NCBI GenBank assembly: GCA_000092065.1
Contig: CP000601.1
Direction: 5' to 3' (one strand)
Origin: Ostreococcus lucimarinus
Taxonomy: Eukaryota
Length of the DNA stretch: 64,000 bases
Of the stretch, positions 51,273 to 59,504 are shown piece by piece (within the stretch, counting starts at the first letter, position 1; each line of letters opens with the position of its first letter). The translations under genes were made by a program, and so were the position numbers. The notes under the pieces were generated by a model, which was not told where the DNA came from, did no database searches, and saw only the letters and a program-made list of their open reading frames with translations.

Positions 51273-51496
51273 CGCGTCCCGAGCGTCGGCTGGTTACGGC
51301 GCGGCAATCCGGTACCAGCCGGTACGAGCCGGTACGGAGACGACGACGTCGAGACGCGCCCGCTGGTGACGGTGGTAGGCATGGCGTGAATCGCGCGCGC
51401 GCGCTGTAGTCTTACGAAAGCACCATCGTATCGTCGACCATCGATTTTCAGCCTCGTTCCGCGTTTTCGCGCGCGCACGCGCGCTCGAGCGCCCGG

Positions 51497-51526
51497 ATTC
51501 GCAAAAATTCACAAAAATTCACAAAA
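51497..51526. repeat. (TTCACAAAAA)3 decamer tandem repeat immediately 5' of an ATG
   Basis: Direct reading: attcgcaaaaattcacaaaaattcacaaaaATG. It is AT-rich and stands out in 68 % GC surroundings. Confidence 0.8.
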
Positions 51527-51555
51527 ATGTCGAGCGCCGCGTCACACCGTCGCGC

Positions 51556-52275
51556 ATGTCGTCCGCGCGGTCCGCGTCGACCGCGACCGCGTCCGCGCCG
51601 TCGCGCGCCGCCGTCCCCGCGCGCGCGTCCGCGCCGAAACCCGCGCCCGGCGTCACCGTCGACGTCGTGCTCCCCGCCGAGCGCGCGATCTTCACCCTCG
51701 AGCACGTCGACGCCGGCGCGCGCGAGATCTGCGTCGCGCTCGGCCCGTTCCGACGCGCGATCGCGTTCGTCAGAGACGCGCTCGATGGACGCGGCGGCGT
51801 CGTCGCGGCGATCGCGGTGCGAGCGGCGATGGTGGCGGCGATCGCGCGGCCGAACGCGGCGTGCGCGGCGCTGGCGGCGGCGTGCGCGCTGGCGACGCGA
51901 GACGGAAAACGACGCGCGGATCTGCGGCGAGCGCTGATGCGCGGCGAGGGCGGCGGCGAGAATGAGACGGAAGAGACGGCGCCGGTGATGGAGTTCACGG
52001 CGAAAGACGCGACGGTGTTGATGGAACGCGCGGCGAAGGCGGCGGAACGGGCGGCGAGCGTGGCGGAGTGGCGGTCGAGGACGGTGAGCGCGGCGACGAT
52101 GTACGCGGCGATGGCGCTGAGTGGAGTGAGCGCGTTCGTGAGGGCGGATGTGATGATGTGCGCGATCGCGCTGTACGCGACGCGGCCGGCGAGGTTGCGG
52201 GTGATTCCGGATCCGATCAACGCGTGCTGGTCGCGCTTGCCGAGCCTGTGGAAGGATCAGTCGAAGATTCAATGA
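51556..52275 (+). CDS. Hypothetical Ala-rich protein (239 aa)
   Basis: Of three overlapping ORFs here, this is the only one with protein-like composition (..VDVVLPAERAIFTLEHVDAGAREICVALGPF.., a hydrophobic C-terminus, ends WKDQSKIQ). No homology recognised. Confidence 0.3.
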   Translation: MSSARSASTATASAPSRAAVPARASAPKPAPGVTVDVVLPAERAIFTLEHVDAGAREICVALGPFRRAIAFVRDALDGRGGVVAAIAVRAAMVAAIARPNAACAALAAACALATRDGKRRADLRRALMRGEGGGENETEETAPVMEFTAKDATVLMERAAKAAERAASVAEWRSRTVSAATMYAAMALSGVSAFVRADVMMCAIALYATRPARLRVIPDPINACWSRLPSLWKDQSKIQ

Positions 52276-52328
52276 CGCGTTCGTTCGAGTTGTGCGCTAA
52301 TGTAGCATCGTGTGTATTCATAGTCTAC

Positions 52329-55300
52329 CTACGTCGTGGGTTTTTTAATTTTGAACGAAAGTTTGAGCTTCTTCGCGGGCGCGGCGTCCTCCGTCGCGGC
52401 GGGCGCGGCGTCCTCCGTCGCGACGGGCGCCGCAGGCTCCACGGCAAACTGCGTGACGCTCGGATTCTGATCTCTCGCGCGCTTCAGGCCACCCACCGGA
52501 GTACCACCTTGAGGCGTGGCGTCGCCTTCTGATCCCATCATCGTCGCCGTGCGCTCGGAGACGGTCGTCTTGTCGTCTTGTACGTGTTCCGCTTGCTGTT
52601 CGACAAACGCCGCCTCGGCGTCGATTCTACGCTGTTCAGCGTTTTTCAAGTCTACCTCGGCGCGCGCGGCTTGTCGCAAGCGCTCGCGTTCTCGCTTCCG
52701 AGCACGCTTAGCTTCCTTCTCCGCGCGCTTGACTTCATCCTCAGCCGTTGGCGCGGCGTGCGCGGCGTGGACATCGACGCCGACTGGGACTTGATCGCCC
52801 GCGCGCCGAATCGCCTCGGCGATGGATTCTCGAATCTCACTCAGGCTCTCATCTTGCGAAGCGAGCGTGGCGAGGATCGAAAACGCCGCGCTCGCAATTT
52901 CGCTTCCGCCCTTTAGCACGAGATCACGGAGGTCGGCCAATATCGGCTTCGAGACGCCCTTCAAAGAATCCGCCCCGGCGACGGATTGCAAGTACTCGCA
53001 CGCGCTCCACAACATGGCAGCCTTTGTCGCCGCAGACTCTTGCGCCGATCGTTCAAGCATGTACTTGAGCGCTTCGATCTCGCTCTTAGTTTCGACGAAG
53101 CGAAGGTACATCATCGTGTCCGCGGAAGCGAGCACGGTGGATTGTCTACCGAGCGCGAATCCAAGTTTGGCGACGTGTTCGGCGTCGGCGCGGAGCTCTT
53201 TCGAGTCGATCGTCGAAGCGAGTAAGCCTAACGCTCTGATTCCAGCGCACGTCACGCAAAGGTCGTCGCTTGGAAATCTGTCATCACGCCGAATGTAGTA
53301 ATGAATCGTCTGCATGACGGTTTGCAGTTGCTTGCCATCCGCGGGAACGCAGCGGCCGAGCGCGGCGATGCACGTCGCCACGAATCCGTCATCACTCTGC
53401 GGATTGCCCTCGTTGTCGTTATACTTTAGTCGGGCAACGATAGCCTCGAGCGCATCCTGATGGGTGATTCCGTTATCCATGACGTAACCAAGCGCCGTGA
53501 TGACGGCTTCGTCAACGATGACTTTCGCGAGGTCTCTAAAGTCGTTTTGTTTCGGCTTTCCCGTGTTGGCGTCGCACTGAAACTTTTTGTAATGCCGAAT
53601 CAACGCGTTCAATCCGCCCCATTGCGTTTTCTCGCTCGCACTTTTGCCGAGCGCTAGCGCTGCTTCGGCGCGCACGCGACAGAAGGTATCCTCAGAGTTC
53701 AGACACTTATCCAGCACGAGAACTGCGCTCACGGATCCGTTGGCGACGCGGCGACCGAGAAATTCCACGGCGATGGTTTGCGCGACGATGTCTTTTTCTT
53801 TCTCCAGCATCTGCGCCATCATCGACTCTAACCCGACCTGCTTCGCACTTTGTTCTATGTTGCCCATCCACTCGAATTCCGGGTCCACGCGGACGTATCG
53901 TACCGGACAATCCATCGCGGCGATGAGTTCGGGGTCACCTCCAGATTCGATGATTGTCTTCGGGCGACGATCTTTGATTTTCGGTTGCAGAGGAATCTCC
54001 ATCAACTGCCAAGCAGAATGTCCTAGCGATACGACGTGATCGTTCGCATCCGGGCGGTTCTCTTCGCGCATGCGCACGGTGACCGAAGTGCGATGGTTTC
54101 TGGCGACGGCGAGTGCCGCTCTGTCGGCCGCCGCCGCCGCGACGCTCCCTTCGAGTTTGACCGCAAACTCCATGACGTTTTTCCTACGTTTCACAACGTA
54201 TCCAACGCACAGCTTCGGCGTGCCCGCGCCATACACCCAGCGTTCTAAGAAGGAGTTCACCTCACCTTTGCCCAAGTTGACCGTCGCGCGGCAGTGATCG
54301 AAGAGTTGCAGCGTGTGAATCCAACGCGCGTTGCTCGACAGCACCTCCGCGGAGGGACCAGCGCGCGTCCCGCCCTCCTTCTTATTTCTACGAACATGCA
54401 ATCCTGCGAAATATTTCAACACCTTCTGCATGACATCCGGCCCGAGGCGTTTCTCGAGCATGTAAATGATCGTCACCGCCTTGGCTTGCAACCCGCGCTC
54501 GACGCTCGCCGAGAGTGGCTTCGGCGTCCCGCCGGCGGCAAGGTCGGGGCCGGCGTACTGTCCGGCGCGCCAAATGCGCGCCGCACGACTGGCGAGAGGG
54601 GGGAGTGATTCACCGTCGTCCATCCGCGCCGTCAATTGCATGTCGCGCATGCGCCTGAACGACAGTTCGTTCAATCCCGTCAACTTTTTCACATACGCGC
54701 CGGCGAGATACTGCGCCAGTCCTTCCACGACCCAACAGTCCGTGGTATCCGCCGGGACGACGACGCCCCCGAACCACTGTCGCGCGATGGCGGTGGCGAT
54801 ATGCACGCGCGCATCGAGCAAAGCCGTGTTGAGCGTCGGGTCTATCAACCATTTAGCCGAGTGAATGTTCATGCACGCGCCCAAGCTATCGCGCGCTCCC
54901 ACGTACTCGTCCGGCATGAAGACGATATTCAAGCACGAAATAGGGTACGGATGCCCGAGATATTCCTCGTACGCCACGATAGCCTTACTCACACCCGCGG
55001 CCGCGATCTCCAAGCGCTCGGCGTAATCGCCGTCTTTGGGAGCGAACAAAGTCACGCCTTTGATCGGGCTCGACACCGCCTTGAACCTGCCACAAATCAA
55101 TCGCATTTCGTGCGCAAACGTCGGATACATCCCCGTGAAGTGATGTCGCAGCCTAAAGCCGTCTTCGTCTTCATCGATGTCGTTGCACCGCTCGACGCGA
55201 TCCCAATGCGCGGACGTGATGACTTGCAAATCCCTCGGCGCGCTCACCGAGAAATCAAACGTCGTCAGCACGTCCCCTCGCTCGACGCACGGAAACCAAC

Positions 55301-55670
55301 ACGCCGGCCGCCTCGACGCCCCCGGGCACAAAAAGTACGATTCATCCGCCGCGATTCCCATCGCGCTTTCGTCCGTTTCGTACTCGATCTCAATCACGAT
55401 TTCCTTCTCCGTAGTCGCCGACGTCGACTCCCCGTTCGCCGCGCCTCGCGCTCGAGCCTCAATCTTCTCCCCGCTCACCGGCGCGATCACCACCTCCCTC
55501 GAGTGTTCCTCTCCGTCCAAGTTACTCTCAGACTCCAAATACGTCCGCACGTCTTTCGCCAGGCTCAACGCATCGCTCGGCGCCGTCTTCGTCCCGATCG
55601 TCGGTTTACTCGTCTTCGTCTTCGTCGCTCGACACTCCACGCCTGGCGCGCGTCGAATTCCATCCATCAC
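52329..55670 (-). CDS. TAF2: TFIID subunit TAF2 (catalytically dead M1-aminopeptidase fold plus a Lys/Glu-rich tail)
   Basis: 1113 aa. M1-like domain with a degenerate zinc motif: HIATAIARQWFGG...CWVVEGLAQYLA, where the HExxH of active M1 peptidases is replaced and WLNEGFA appears as WVVEGLA. C-terminal basic/acidic region: KRAEKEAKRARKRERERL...KKLKLSFKIKKPTT. Size and organisation fit TAF2. Confidence 0.6.
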   Translation of the reverse strand: MMDGIRRAPGVECRATKTKTSKPTIGTKTAPSDALSLAKDVRTYLESESNLDGEEHSREVVIAPVSGEKIEARARGAANGESTSATTEKEIVIEIEYETDESAMGIAADESYFLCPGASRRPACWFPCVERGDVLTTFDFSVSAPRDLQVITSAHWDRVERCNDIDEDEDGFRLRHHFTGMYPTFAHEMRLICGRFKAVSSPIKGVTLFAPKDGDYAERLEIAAAGVSKAIVAYEEYLGHPYPISCLNIVFMPDEYVGARDSLGACMNIHSAKWLIDPTLNTALLDARVHIATAIARQWFGGVVVPADTTDCWVVEGLAQYLAGAYVKKLTGLNELSFRRMRDMQLTARMDDGESLPPLASRAARIWRAGQYAGPDLAAGGTPKPLSASVERGLQAKAVTIIYMLEKRLGPDVMQKVLKYFAGLHVRRNKKEGGTRAGPSAEVLSSNARWIHTLQLFDHCRATVNLGKGEVNSFLERWVYGAGTPKLCVGYVVKRRKNVMEFAVKLEGSVAAAAADRAALAVARNHRTSVTVRMREENRPDANDHVVSLGHSAWQLMEIPLQPKIKDRRPKTIIESGGDPELIAAMDCPVRYVRVDPEFEWMGNIEQSAKQVGLESMMAQMLEKEKDIVAQTIAVEFLGRRVANGSVSAVLVLDKCLNSEDTFCRVRAEAALALGKSASEKTQWGGLNALIRHYKKFQCDANTGKPKQNDFRDLAKVIVDEAVITALGYVMDNGITHQDALEAIVARLKYNDNEGNPQSDDGFVATCIAALGRCVPADGKQLQTVMQTIHYYIRRDDRFPSDDLCVTCAGIRALGLLASTIDSKELRADAEHVAKLGFALGRQSTVLASADTMMYLRFVETKSEIEALKYMLERSAQESAATKAAMLWSACEYLQSVAGADSLKGVSKPILADLRDLVLKGGSEIASAAFSILATLASQDESLSEIRESIAEAIRRAGDQVPVGVDVHAAHAAPTAEDEVKRAEKEAKRARKRERERLRQAARAEVDLKNAEQRRIDAEAAFVEQQAEHVQDDKTTVSERTATMMGSEGDATPQGGTPVGGLKRARDQNPSVTQFAVEPAAPVATEDAAPAATEDAAPAKKLKLSFKIKKPTT

Positions 55671-56345
55671 CCGTCAGTCTCCCCGCTCGCGCCTCCTCTC
55701 GTCGCGGCGTCGCATCGCGTCGCATCGCATCGTTTGCATCGTTCGAATCGCTCGTCGTCGTCGTCGTCGTCGTCGCTTCGCCTCGCGCGTCTCGCACCGT
55801 TTATCGCGCACGACGCGATCTTCAACCCCTCGGCGCGAACCCGCGCGCCCGCGAACGCGCCGTCCGCGCCCGCGCACGTCAGCGTCGTCCTGCCGCGAAG
55901 CGCGCGTTTCGTGCGCCTCACGTCGACGTCGATGCGCTGATGCGTCACTCTGCGCGCGTCGTTTCGTCGATTCGTCGCGTCAGTCGGCGCGCCCTCGTCG
56001 CGTCATCATCGCGTCGTCGTCGCGCGTCGACGCGCGCGCGCGCGAGAGCGCGTCGGCGTAACGCACCGCGGGAATAACACGCCGCCGTCGTCGACGTCGC
56101 GCGTCGTCGCGCGCGACGCCATGGCGGCGCGCGCGGCCGATGCGTCGGCGAGTGACGATTGCGTCGCGTCATTCCGCCGGCATTCGCGCGCGCGCGCACG
56201 AATCGCGCGCGAATCGCGCGTCGACGCGCGTCGACGCGTCGGTGCGCGTCGCGCGGACGCGCCGACGTCGCGCGGCGCGCGGCGCGTCGCGCGCGGTCGG
56301 CGATTGTGAATCTCGATTGACACAGTTTGGTAAACTCGCGAACGA

Positions 56346-59300
56346 ATGGCGCCGGTGTTCGACGGATCGACGACGAAAAAGCGACACATCTCGCTCGGAG
56401 GACGGCGAAAGGATGAACCGTCGACGCAGCGGGCGCTGATCGAGAGCGCGCGCGAGGCGCGGGAGCGGAGGGCGGCGCAGAGGGCGACGGCGACGGCGAC
56501 GGCGACGGCGCAGCGGTTTCGACGAGGCGCGCGGGAGGTTAGACGCGCGAAAGCGGCGGTGAGGGAAGCGTACGCGAACGCGAGCGAAGGTGTGATGGTT
56601 GATGACGCGTCGTGCAGGGCTTTGGTGTATTTTGGTGATGGATGGAGAGATTGGGCGGCGTGCGCGGCGGCGTGTGAACGGTTGTACGCGGCGGCGACGA
56701 CGACGACGAGCGTGGCGCCGAGCGAGGCGTTCGTGGAGAGATGGGACGACGCGATGCGGGCGTCGGGCGTGGAGCGCGCGCGATGGGTGATTAGGATGCG
56801 GAAGATGGTGCGGTTGATCGTGGGGTCGCTTCGAGCGACGACGCGCTTGGAGGAGACGACTGGACGCGACGTCGCGGAGACGCACTTAGCGAGCGCTTTG
56901 TTGGCGCTCATGGCGAGAGATGACGCGAGATGGAAAGATACTGGCGTTCAATTGTGCGCGACTCTGTGCTCGAACGATGGTTTGGAAGATGTGCGAGAGA
57001 TTTTGCTCGATATTTTGAGAAATCAAAGTCGCCGCGACGACGTCGTTCGGGCGGCGATGCTTAGGACGTGCGAAAACATCGCGCGGTGTAGCGGTGACGA
57101 CGCGAGTGGTGCGCTCGCGTCGATGCTCGCGACGATACCCGGGGTGTGGGACACGTTCGGGCCGGAGATTCATTCGAGAGATTTGTGGTCGTTCGTCGTC
57201 GACGCGTTCAAGTCTGATCGTCACGTCGACTCGGTGGCTACCGTCGCACTCGAGACGCCGCTGAGCGGCGTCGACGCCGCGCTCGGGAACGTGTTGCAAC
57301 TCACGAAAACGTTCATAGGTACGATGGACTTTTCGCAGTCACAGAATGTCGTCGTCGCGGTGACAAAACTCATGGAGTCGTCTGTTTTGAGCGGCGCGCT
57401 CTTTGCCACAACGCCGAACGCGATGGAGGACGAAGACGATGACGAGGGCGGTGCGGACGACGACGACGACGACGACGATAGCGTCAAGATTGACTTACTC
57501 AATCTTCGCGCCGTGCGCGCGGAGGCGCGTAAAATTCGACGCGTGCCCCCTGACGTGGACATGGAGGCGGTGCGAGCCACGAGGACGTGGATGCAAACGC
57601 GCGAATTCTTCGGCGACAACGCGTGTGTCGCGCGACTCGTCACAACGATCATGCCTGCGAACGACGCGCAGCGATGCTTAGTAGGCATCGAAGGGTTCAC
57701 GCATTTCGCGTGCGCGTGCGACATGGTGCTCAGAGGCGCCGAGCGAGCGTCGTTCACGCGCGTGCTCACGTTTGGCACGGATTGCATCGCTCAACTTTGG
57801 CCCGCCCTCGAGCATTGGAGGCAAACTTCCGGAGGTGGGCAAGAACGCTCGTTCCGCAGAGCCTTGGGCGTTTTCGCAAAGTTGTACAACACCTACACCG
57901 CTATTTCCGACGATGAAGAATTTTATCGTCTGGGAAAACCGCTCGGTCTCGAGGCGACGACGCGTCTCGTCGCATTTTTAAGAGACACGCTCTGGACGTT
58001 GCTGTGGGTTGAACGGGGTCCGGATGGCACACCTTTAAACGCGCTGTCTTTCATCGACGAATATTTCGAGGCGGAGACATGGCACGCGTGTTCTATAGCG
58101 CTCGCGCGCCTGCACGATCGCAACGGGCGTCATCAATTTATGAACCCGCTCGAGTTTCAAGTGCGCGACGCCCAAGTGGACATCCCAACGCTTTTGCAAG
58201 AGGCCCGCGATGCAAAATCGCGCGCGTCGATGCTTTTGTGCGGTGCACCGTGTTTGGTACCGTTCGAAGTGCGCGTGCACAAATTCATGGACGTCCGTCG
58301 TCGCGAGCGTCAAATGGGCGCCGTTGGTTACGCCACGATTCGCGTAAGACGCGGGCACTTGCTCGAAGACGGCATCGCCGGTCTTTCGGATAAGCTCACA
58401 GAGACGCTCGGCGGAATCATTCGCGTGCAGTTCATCAATCAGCAAGGGCTCGAAGAGGCTGGCGTCGACGGCGGCGGTTTATTCAAAGATTTCTTGAACG
58501 ATTTAATTGCGGAAGCGTTCGATCCGAAATTCGGCTTGTTCGTCGAGACGCCCGAGCGCACGCTCTACCCGAATCCAGCGTCTGAGTTGCACGCGGGCGA
58601 GCGACACTTGCAGTACTTTTACTTTCTCGGCGCCATCCTCGGCAAAGCGTGCTACGATGGGATTCTTCTCGACGTTCCACTCGCTGATTTCTTCCTCGCC
58701 TCGCTGAAAGGTCGACACGTCGAGTTTAACGACCTGACGACGCTCGATCCCGAGCTTTATCGCAACTTGGTTTCGCTCAAACGCTACCAAGGCGACGTCG
58801 AGGATTTATGTCTGTACTTTACCGCCATCGATCGAAGTGGCATGGAAGAAACTGTGATCGAGCTCATCCCGAATGGCTCGAGCGTACCGGTGACGAGGGC
58901 TAACGTCCCGCGGTACCTTCATTGCATGTCGATTTATTTGCTTCGAGCGCAAATCTACCGCCAACTTTCGAGCATGAAGGCGGGCTTTAGCATCGCCGTT
59001 CGCAAGCGTTGGCTCGACATGTTCACCCCCGCCGAACTGCGATTACTCATATCAGGTAATCGCACGGGAAGCATGGACATCGATGACATGGCGGCAAACT
59101 GCGAATACTCTGGCGGCTACGAGGCGTCGCATCCGACGATTCGCGCGTTGTGGCGCGTCATGCGTACGATTTCCCCAGACGACCAACGTTTGGTGCTCAA
59201 ATTCATCACCTCGTGCAGCAACACACCACTGCTCGGGTTTTCGCATCTCGAACCCAAACTGTGCGTGCATCGAAGCGGTACCGCGGGCACGGACGCCCCC

Positions 59301-59444
59301 GACGCGACCGCGGACTTGACCAGGCTTCCCACCGCCGCGACGTGCATGAACCTTCTGAAACTACCGCCGTATTCTTCCGACGACGCGTTGCGCGAAAAAT
59401 TAATGTACGCCGTCAAGTCCGGCAGCGGCTTCGATTTATCCTGA
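56346..59444 (+). CDS. HECT-type E3 ubiquitin ligase of the UBE3B/UBE3C (plant UPL6/7) class with an N-terminal IQ-like region
   Basis: The N-terminal KKRHISLGGRRKDEPSTQRALIESAREARERRAAQRA parallels the UBE3C start (KVSLGGASRKEEK...QEERRKRE). The C-terminal HECT domain has RVQFINQQGLEEAGVDGGGLFKDFL, LGFSHLEPKLCVHRSG and LLKLPPYSSDDALREKLMYAV, ending GSGFDLS. Confidence 0.85.
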   Translation: MAPVFDGSTTKKRHISLGGRRKDEPSTQRALIESAREARERRAAQRATATATATAQRFRRGAREVRRAKAAVREAYANASEGVMVDDASCRALVYFGDGWRDWAACAAACERLYAAATTTTSVAPSEAFVERWDDAMRASGVERARWVIRMRKMVRLIVGSLRATTRLEETTGRDVAETHLASALLALMARDDARWKDTGVQLCATLCSNDGLEDVREILLDILRNQSRRDDVVRAAMLRTCENIARCSGDDASGALASMLATIPGVWDTFGPEIHSRDLWSFVVDAFKSDRHVDSVATVALETPLSGVDAALGNVLQLTKTFIGTMDFSQSQNVVVAVTKLMESSVLSGALFATTPNAMEDEDDDEGGADDDDDDDDSVKIDLLNLRAVRAEARKIRRVPPDVDMEAVRATRTWMQTREFFGDNACVARLVTTIMPANDAQRCLVGIEGFTHFACACDMVLRGAERASFTRVLTFGTDCIAQLWPALEHWRQTSGGGQERSFRRALGVFAKLYNTYTAISDDEEFYRLGKPLGLEATTRLVAFLRDTLWTLLWVERGPDGTPLNALSFIDEYFEAETWHACSIALARLHDRNGRHQFMNPLEFQVRDAQVDIPTLLQEARDAKSRASMLLCGAPCLVPFEVRVHKFMDVRRRERQMGAVGYATIRVRRGHLLEDGIAGLSDKLTETLGGIIRVQFINQQGLEEAGVDGGGLFKDFLNDLIAEAFDPKFGLFVETPERTLYPNPASELHAGERHLQYFYFLGAILGKACYDGILLDVPLADFFLASLKGRHVEFNDLTTLDPELYRNLVSLKRYQGDVEDLCLYFTAIDRSGMEETVIELIPNGSSVPVTRANVPRYLHCMSIYLLRAQIYRQLSSMKAGFSIAVRKRWLDMFTPAELRLLISGNRTGSMDIDDMAANCEYSGGYEASHPTIRALWRVMRTISPDDQRLVLKFITSCSNTPLLGFSHLEPKLCVHRSGTAGTDAPDATADLTRLPTAATCMNLLKLPPYSSDDALREKLMYAVKSGSGFDLS

Positions 59445-59504
59445 GAAGTTTCTACTAGTGATCACTCCAGCAGAGTTTGTATCGATACGCGCATTCATTC
59501 ATTC

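Noticed and set aside
55674-56911. ORFs 55667..55948 -, 56006..56911 -, 56169..56885 - and 55945..56199 - between TAF2 and the HECT gene
   Set aside because: They are GC-rich promoter or 5' region read in spurious frames. 56006..56911 is antisense to the HECT N-terminus.
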